NCBI GenBank assembly: GCA_030141605.1
Contig: JAQGDQ010001262.1
Coordinates: 1-51,360 of the forward strand
DNA: 51,360 bases
Source: Tubiluchus corallicola
Lineage: Eukaryota > Animalia > Priapulida
Direction of reading: 5' to 3'
Shown here: positions 43,274 to 51,360 of the stretch, one piece after another
Position numbering within the stretch: position 1 is the stretch's first letter
How the letters are laid out: every line of letters starts with the position of its first letter
The notes under the pieces: generated by a model
Seen by the model: the letters and a program-made list of their open reading frames with translations, nothing else
What the model was told of the DNA's origin: nothing
Database searches by the model: none
Translations under genes and position numbers: made by a program

Positions 43274-43473
43274 TCGACAAGTTTCGAAACTTGAATGGCA
43301 GGCTCAGGTTCTTCAGTCTTTTTCATTCATAGGATGTGATGAAAGTCACATATCTGGTTGTTGTAATGCAGCGTTAATCAGAGTGCCAGACAGGCGCCAC
43401 CTGTTAAAAATGTTCAGAAATTCTTACTGCTGATGAAGTAATAACAGCGGCGGCGGCTCGTGTATAGACACTA

Positions 43474-43860
43474 TGGAACTGCAGCACCCCCTATTTTCAC
43501 TCAATATTATCGATAATATCCAATATAAGTCTTTTTTCTTTAGTTCTTTCTTTATACTTGCACGTGAGGGTACTGTGGAACTGCAGCACCCCCTATTTTC
43601 ACTCAATATTATCGATAATATCCAATATAAGTCTTTTTTCTTTAGTTCTTTCTTTATACTTGCACGTGAGGGTACTGTGGAACTGCAGTACCCCCTATTT
43701 TCACTTTATATTATCGATAATATTCAATAAGTCTTTTTTCTTTAGTTCTTTCTTTATACTTGCACGTGAGGGTACTGTGGAACTGCAGCGCCCCCTATTT
43801 TCACTCAATATTATCGATAATATCCAATATAAGTCTTTTTTCTTTAGTTCTTTCTTTATA
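43474..43860. repeat. About 102-bp tandem repeat, about 4 copies, inside a dispersed repeat
   Basis: Unit TGGAACTGCAGCACCCCCTATTTTCACTCAATATTATCGATAATAT...GCACGTGAGGGTACTG. A single-copy relative lies at about 33050-33120. Confidence 0.93.
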
Positions 43861-44457
43861 ATTGTACGGAACCAGAGCACGTGAGGGTAGTACTGTTTGC
43901 TTCACAGCCCAAGCACTGTGGTGTGTTTGGCTGTTGTGCGCATGCGGTCATGTTCACATGTCTGAGATAGCACATCGTATATTGCACTGCTAGCGTCTGC
44001 TGCTAGGTAGAGAAAGTACTGTCGCTCACGCAGTTTGTTGTCAATTGTCACGTGCTCACCGTGAGTGTATCAAGCACGAACTGCGACAATTTAGGCTATT
44101 AGTAAGCAAAAAAAATTTTTGTTTAGGATTTTCTGAAGTTTATTTCTAAATTTTCGCGTGTTTGTTTGTTTAAAATTACAATACATTAAAATTACAAATG
44201 TTCGTTTCATACATTAAAACATTGGTTAAAAATCTTCTGAAGTAGCCCCCCCCCCCCACTAATAGCTACGACCCTCCACTGATGAACAGTGACGGAATCG
44301 ATAAACAACTTTGCGAAGTTTTGGGGATTCCGCCAGCCACCTGCTGGAGGGAATCAGTCTTTGTCAAATTTCTTTTAGACTAAAACTCTGGAAGTTTACA
44401 GGATTATTCCGAAAGACGAACAACGACAGCTGGTCATTTTCGCCGACAGTGAATATT

Positions 44458-45072
44458 TGTGTGCTTGCAAGCCAAAACCGTCCATAAGTCGGTATAGCTA
44501 AAACTATGTTATGACACTTCAAAGTAGAATGCACCAAAAATTTGGTCAAATGGCAAATTTTTGTTTTTTTTAGAAAATGAAATGCTAAATATATAGGAAT
44601 ACTGAAAATTTAATTTTATAACCCTGTATCCACTTTTCTGGCTAGAAATTAGTACTGCAATTGTAAAAAACTTGTATTTTCAACCTCCGACTGTAACTCG
44701 TGTTATTTTGCTTTGTGTTTTTTCTGCCGCCAAGCCCAGATCTGCGTCAGGAAGAGCCATCTACTGGATTTAAACATAACTTCAATGTGCTCTTACAAAG
44801 TCCATAGCAACCAACATTCCTACAGTTGTTAAGTGTTTTGTAGAAACGTGACAAAAAACAATGGCCGACTTTAACAGTGATTTTCTCAAGATTAAGTTTT
44901 TCAGTGTGCAGCCTGCACCTCAACTTCAACGTGGATTATCTCAGCTTAGAAATAACATAGAATGATGAACTTGGTATCAAAATGATCCTCATGAAATGGA
45001 GATTCAGGATGTGTGAATAACTAGAAAAGCTTAATTGTTGACTTATGGACGATTTTGCTATGCAAGCTCACA
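44458..45072. mobile_element. MITE family A, full copy
   Basis: TIR TGTGTGCTTGCAAGCCAAAACCGTCCATAAGTC / GACTTATGGACGATTTTGCTATGCAAGCTCACA. Confidence 0.85.
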
Positions 45073-45503
45073 ATATTTTGATAAAATAATAACCAGAAGT
45101 CTGTTTATCTCTTTATGAATAAACAATTTTCTACTGCAGTCTGTTTATGCAGATGCCAACTGAAGAGTTCCGCAGCATCTGTATAAATAATTTATGTGCC
45201 CCCAAAAACACTTTCCAATATTATTATTTTGCAGTTATTTGCTTCATATTTCTTTATTAACCCGGAGTTTTTAATGTTTGTATTACGTGCGCGTTCGTAA
45301 ACGTTTTGGTTTTTGCCTATAGCTTATATTCAAATTAGTCCGCAGTATCGAATGTTGATGTCATACCAATGCATTATGTTGACACACGTCCAACTGTAGT
45401 TGGAGCCAAAGCAGGTCTTACAGCACGGCGCAGTTTCATTCTTTTAAATTAGTCCGCAGTATCGAATGTTGATGTCATACCAATGCGTTACCATGTCATA
45501 CCA

Positions 45504-45810
45504 TGTAGTCCCTCCATTTTTTGTTACCATCTTTACTAACAACGACTAAGATGGTATTGTTTGTAATGTAGTCCCTCAATTTTTTGTTACCATCTTCACT
45601 AACAACGACTAAGATGGTATTGTTTGTAATGTAGTCCCTCAATTTTTTGTTACCATCTTTACTAACAACGACTAAGATGGTATTTTTTGTAATGTAGTCG
45701 CTCCATTTTTTGTTACCATCTTTACTAACAACGACTAAGATGGCATTTTTGTAATGTAGTCGCTCCATTTTTTGTTACCATCTTTACTAACAACGACTAA
45801 GATGGTATTT
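45504..45810. repeat. About 63-bp minisatellite, about 5 copies, each with an internal hairpin
   Basis: Unit contains TACCATCTT...AAGATGGTA. Confidence 0.92.
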
Positions 45811-46156
45811 TAACGTTCTGATTTTCAATTTATTTAAGTTACAAAGTAGCTAGATTATCTTTAATGTTCGTTTGTGATATGGTTGTATTATGTATGATAC
45901 ATATGTGTTGATCATATTGTATGTATTTGTATAGCTGTAAATCTAGTCAGTTTATTGTGTACATAGAACATACATACTTGTAAGTATGATACTTAAACTT
46001 TGTAACTTATTTAATATAGTTATTTTTGCTTACACTTACGTGTTTATCTATTTTTGATTATTAAAGAAAAATTCGCTCGACGAAAATTCTTTTTGTTGTT
46101 TGTTGTGTTTTATGGATAACACATAATTTTGCAATCATATTTCCCAGAAGTTGCGA

Positions 46157-46419
46157 TTTTGCTGCAATTTTTCCTGGAACTGCTTCTGTTTGGAATGCTC
46201 TGTAATCTCAGAATTTCCTATGAAATGTTTTTCTACAATATGGTGCTAATGTTTACCCTTACCGAAGCTCCAGTCGGCACTTAAGGCACGAATTTTGCTG
46301 CAATTTTTCCTGGAACTGCTTCTGTTTGGAATTCTCTGTAATCTGAGAATTTCCTATGAAATGTTTTTCCACAATATTGTGCTAATATTTACCCTTACCG
46401 AAGCTCCAGTCGGCACTTC
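46157..46419. repeat. Direct duplication of about 126 bp
   Basis: TTTTGCTGCAATTTTTCCTGGAACTG...CAGTCGGCACTT at 46157-46282 and 46293-46419. Confidence 0.9.
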
Positions 46420-46558
46420 ACGCATGAATCTTGCTGGTAGTCAGTGCGTAAATACCAATTCAATTCAATTCAATTTATTAACTCCTCAAGAATGAATAAA
46501 ATACAGTATTAGGAATACATGCAATATTATGTAACAAAGGAGATGTAAAATACATGTA

Positions 46559-47092
46559 CCGTATATACTTACGTACAAGTCGAATTTTTGGGAGGCGATT
46601 TTAAGGTGAAGTTTTTAGGGTCGACTTATACGATGTGTTTTTGGGAGATGTCGCTTAAGAGTTGTCTACAATAGGAATGTGTAAAGAAATGATCCTTCAT
46701 TATACGCTGGCCGCCATATCCTAGAGTTAAAGGCAATACAAACAATTATGTTCGATGAAAGGCCAGGCTATATTATCATTATCGTATGCATTATCTGTAT
46801 ATACACACACACACATGCATGCACACACTCACACACGCACGCGCACACACACACACACACATATACATACACCAAGTAGGTATAATATACTCGGCCCAGG
46901 CACTTGCACGTATCTGACACAGCAGTAGGCTATTCACTTATTACTCGGCCATTGTTGACATCATTTACTCTGGAAGATCTTAACATTTTAGGGTCAACTT
47001 GTACACAGGTGATATATAAAATGATGCAATTTTTGGTCTTAAAATGGACATGGACTTGTACATAAGGTCCACTTGTACACACATATATACGG
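46559..47092. mobile_element. Tc1/mariner-type MITE
   Basis: TA|CCGTATATAC...TATATACGG ends with subterminal GGGTCGACTT(A/G)TAC motifs. Confidence 0.65.
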
Positions 47093-47689
47093 TGTGTTAA
47101 GTTTAAAGGAAACCCGGATGATTGTGTAAACACGAGTTGAGAACAAAGTATGCTCTAAAATATTGAAAACTATAATAGTTTTTTTTAAATCAAAGCTTAG
47201 GTTAAATAATAATTACCTCGGATACTCAAATTTCGTTAAACTTTCAAAGCTACGCGCGGCTCAGTGAATCTACTAAGATTGGCAACGGCGCCTTTTTTGT
47301 CACAATCGCATGATCATGAACTGCAGTGTTAGCATCTGACGTCACATGACGTAGAGCCCATTTTCGTAAACAGTAACACTTACGCAAACGTGCGTAAGAT
47401 GCCCGCCATTGCACAAACTGTGGTTAGTTTGTGACGTAAGTAATAGCCGTGTTCGGTTGCCGTTAATTAACTTTCTAAGCTAATTATTCAAATATAAGAA
47501 ACAATTATTGACTTTTATAGGCAAGAAATTGTTTATTTTGGACAGTAAATTAAAATGAGATTGAGTCTAAACAATCGTCTGGTTTTCGTCAGTTTAAAAT
47601 TCATGTGTTTTTTGCACATGAAGTTTAGATTTTGCGCTGACACGTTTACCTCCATCAGCGTCTGTTTTCTTAACTCTCACTGATTGAAA

Positions 47690-48265
47690 AACTGCCTGTG
47701 CTATCTCTATGGACTGATAGAGGAACGAAAGCAAAACCGCTACTTCATCATAAAAATGAACACTGCAGAACACCCCACATATGATGGTGTTACATATGGC
47801 AAGAAGAGTTTCTCCTATTATGGAGCCACATTGTGGAATGAATTACCAAACTGTCTCCGAATGGCCGAAAATCTGGGGGGAAATTAAACGTCTAATTAAC
47901 TCATGGACTGGTGTATCATGTAAATGTGCCATTTGTAAATTCAGCGAAGTTCCCAATTTTGTTAAGTCGTAATTAAATGCTGAATGTGTTGGCAGGAAAA
48001 ATTTTTATTGACCTAGACAGCTTTTTGTGTAAATTTTAGAAAATGTTACTGCCTAAAATTTTTACTGTCTAAATTTTTACTGTCTTCATGTAGTTTTAAT
48101 TTTTCTTGTACCAATACCTCTGGTGGCATCCAAAACATTTAAGAAGTACATATTATTACCATGTTATCGCTCATATACATTATGTTTGATATCGGTTTAC
48201 GAGTTTTAAGCTCATGTTTCTACAAATATGTACTGTTTTATATCATACCAATGAAAATAAATATT
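47690..48265 (+). mobile_element. L2/Crack-like LINE 3' end with UTR, ending in a (TCTTA/TCTCA)n tail
   Basis: TYGKKSFSYYGATLWNELPNCLR...KRLINSWTGVSCKCAICK across a frameshift. AATAAA then pentamer repeat near 48257. Confidence 0.7.
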
Positions 48266-48456
48266 ATCTTATCTTATCTTATCTCATCTCATCTCATCTC
48301 ATCTCATCTCATCTCATCTCATCTCATCTCATCTCATCTCATCTCATCTCATCTCATCTCATCTCATCTCCTCTCCTCTCCTCTCCTCTCCTGTCCGCTC
48401 CTCTACTCTCATCTCATCTCATCTCACCTCACCTCACCTCACCTCATCTCATCTCA
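48266..48456. repeat. (TCTCA)n pentanucleotide microsatellite
   Basis: Directly visible. Confidence 0.95.
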
Positions 48457-49494
48457 TATTTTGTGGTGATTCTCAATATTATTATGGCAAATAAAGGTGT
48501 TACTTTCTTACTAATGACTATATTTTTACCTGCAGTATAGGGTCCACTTCCATAGCAGACATACCTTTTTGCTTTTTTGTGTATGTACTACGTCAGCACT
48601 ATTTACAACACTCGTGTCGCCATCTGTTAAGCCTAGTGTGGAACCACTAACTGTTTGTCCACCTTTAACTTTGGAAAGTGAGTTCGGTCGAAACTTAGAA
48701 AAAGAAAAAACTCAGAAGTGGTAAAACCAGTTATTAATAATTCGTAGATGTTCTCATTGGTAATTATTAATATTTATCAAAAGCGATATTAAGTTTCAGA
48801 AGCATGACTCACGCGCATGCGTAGAATGAGTTCCATCTTTCTTCTGTCGGGTTCTCAATATATTCTCAGTAGAAACAAGTTTTGGTGTTTTTGGTGTTCG
48901 GAGAGCGTGGCAAGGGGGAGACTCAGTTTTTACGCAAAGGGGGGGTTCTTTCCTATAAACTCACATCTGCTAGAGCTTTGGACACGCTGGGTGGGGGTGG
49001 GGTTATGAACCAAAATACAAGGGAATTCTACTGACATTGTAGAGGCGGATTTTTTTTGAAAAAAGACGCGGAGGTGTGTGGAAACCCGCTGCGCCCCCCT
49101 CCCTGATCCGCCCCGCTAGCGTTCAGGGAGGTGAATACACTGTTGATTGTTGGTTTGCTTTGACGTGTTGTGCTGCCGGGGTCTCGGATACCGAATAAAT
49201 CTGGTACGTACCGACAATCATTATTAGTTAGTTATCATTGTGATTAGTAAAAAATTAGTTTTTAATCATAATTATTAGTTAATTATTATGATTAGTAGTA
49301 AATTTTTTTCTAATCAAGTTGCGTAGCAGAAGCTTGGCATAAAGGAACTACGTGTGGTAGTTGTTGTTGTTATTATTATTATTATTATTATTTATTCGTA
49401 CATATATAAGTACATTAATACGACACAATCACACGCAGAACGTTGTTGATATTTACAAATATAATTAGTTGTACTTTTACATATTTAGTACATA

Positions 49495-50100
49495 TTTACA
49501 AACATATCGATTCGATATTTACATCGATTCGTGAACATCGAACGTTCCAAATCGATTCGAACTAGTTTTTAACTTTGAATTCGATTCGATATTTACAAAA
49601 GAGGTGAACATCGAACGTTCCAAATCGATTCGAACGAGTTTTTTTAGTTTGAATTCGATTCGATATTTACAAAAGGGGTGAACATCGAACGTTCCAAATC
49701 GATTCGAACCAGTTTTTTTCAGTTTGAATTCGATTCGATACATATTTACAAAAGGGGTGAACATCAAACGTTCGAAATTGATTCGAACCTAAAAATATAG
49801 ACTCGAATAATTCAGCAGTTAACTCACTCGCGTTCTTTATCTTAAGATGATTGAAACGTCACGCAATTAGCAGAATTTAGCTGCCATTTCTGTGCAAAAT
49901 TTTAAACAAAGAGAATCGAGATTTTATGGCAGAACAAAATCGAGTAATATGTATGATGTTTGTGAGACTAATTTTTACCGGTCGTTCGAAAACTTGTTCG
50001 AAAATGCTTCAATCTCAATTGGAAATCGATTCGAATTCGAAATACTGATGTTCGATTCGATTCGAATTCGAAAGTCGCAAATTCGATTCGATTAGAATTC
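49495..50100. mobile_element. TTCGA-rich non-autonomous element with about 76-bp internal tandem units
   Basis: Repeated GTGAACATCGAACGTTCCAAATCGATTCGAAC...TTTGAATTCGATTCGATATTTACAAAA (49530-49790) and TTCGATTCGA clusters at 50025-50095. Confidence 0.7.
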
Positions 50101-51360
50101 ACTTTCTGGTAGAGAATGCTCGTCCATAATCTGCAATAACTTACACGAACTTGTGCAAGAGAAATAACAAAACAAAGTAAGAGGCAGAAAAGATGATTAT
50201 TAACTTATTAAATTATACTTAAAAATTGCACAAAATAAATTTTATCTAATTAATCTTCCATAATAAATGTCAAAATCTCATTTAATTCAGTCAACTTACA
50301 AAAAAGAAATCCGAATTGTTCCTATTGTATTTAAAATACCCACGACCTGAGATACATTAGAAATCTGAACCTCAGTTAGGTTGCATTCCTCTTTGAATAC
50401 GTGTCGTACAAGCTTCGGCTTTGAAATCAATAATGTAGTTTACATTATTTCCCACACATGACGTCACAAACTAACATAAATTTCAGCAGCACTCGACTGC
50501 CTATAGATACAGTTTTCCATCGGGCTTCTTATCTGTGCAATTCTTAGTTGTAAACACTATTTTTCTGGATCTGTACACACAGTTTCACTTCTGTGCTGTA
50601 ATGTATCGCAGTTAGTAGGGTTTGTGAATTCTGGAGAGAAGGAGAGTTCCTGGACAGGATATAGATTTCTTGGATCCGGAGCAGATTCTCGCTTATTCAT
50701 ACCAAACCGTTTTCACGCAAATTCATTCAGCTTTCCATTTAGCACTGGTGAGAAATCAGATCTGTCAAACTGAATCCCACTGATGAAATACAATGTAATA
50801 GACAGAGAAGCCAACTAAGTATAAAACGCATAAAGTAAATATACGTCATATCATTAGTATAGACAGTAAGGAATCAGAGACAGACTGATTCTTAACGAAC
50901 AGCAGAAAAATGAACAAAACTGGACCCAATCTTAAACTGTAGGTCAAAACAATCTACTCTTTAAAATATTGAAAGGAAACATATTATTTTTCTAAAATGA
51001 CTTACGCGAAAGAATTATTACCACAAACAGGCACTAGTACTAGCGCCCGCATTTCGGACTTGCAGAAAAAACAGGCGCTGTACCTCTCAACTCCGATGTG
51101 TCTTAGTTCGTGACGAACTACATACGTTCAACAGTTCATGCTTTAGCGCAGTGTTAAATTTGATATAAATTATATATAATTATAATTATATATAAACGTA
51201 TATATATATGTATGTATACATGGGCCCGACCATATCATTAGCATAGACAGTAAGGAATCAGAGACAGACTGGTTCTTAACGAACAATTAATGATTCTTAA
51301 TATAGCTGCTTTAGGAACTAATGGTCTCTTGAAGTTGTTATTATTCGGTAAAGATGAGTT

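Noticed and set aside
48600-49140. Promoter-like cluster (CGCCATCT, GCGCATGCGT, GC-rich patch)
   Set aside because: No linked exon was found, and such motifs are common inside this genome's DNA transposons.

Overview
AT-rich, repeat-dense genomic DNA from an invertebrate animal (spliceosomal GT-AG introns, TTAGGG-type repeats). Four protein-coding loci can be built by hand. (1) A + strand multi-exon ZP-domain (cuticlin-like) type I membrane protein (6.3-17.5 kb). (2) A - strand two-exon secreted LRRNT-LRR-LRRCT protein with no TM or TIR domain (19.3-21.9 kb). (3) A - strand TTLL4-derived ATP-grasp ligase whose whole catalytic domain lies in one ORF and whose donor-amino-acid pocket looks remodelled (25.9-27.6 kb). 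(4) A + strand SUCO/osteopotentia homologue with intact C-terminal exons (32.8-41.1 kb) but only decayed traces of the SUN domain (about 30.9-31.7 kb). The rest is a Gypsy 3' end with LTR, LINE remnants, a young RTE insertion with a 16-bp TSD, several MITE families, minisatellites, long microsatellites and an interstitial telomere-like array. Family assignments come from remembered motifs, not database searches.
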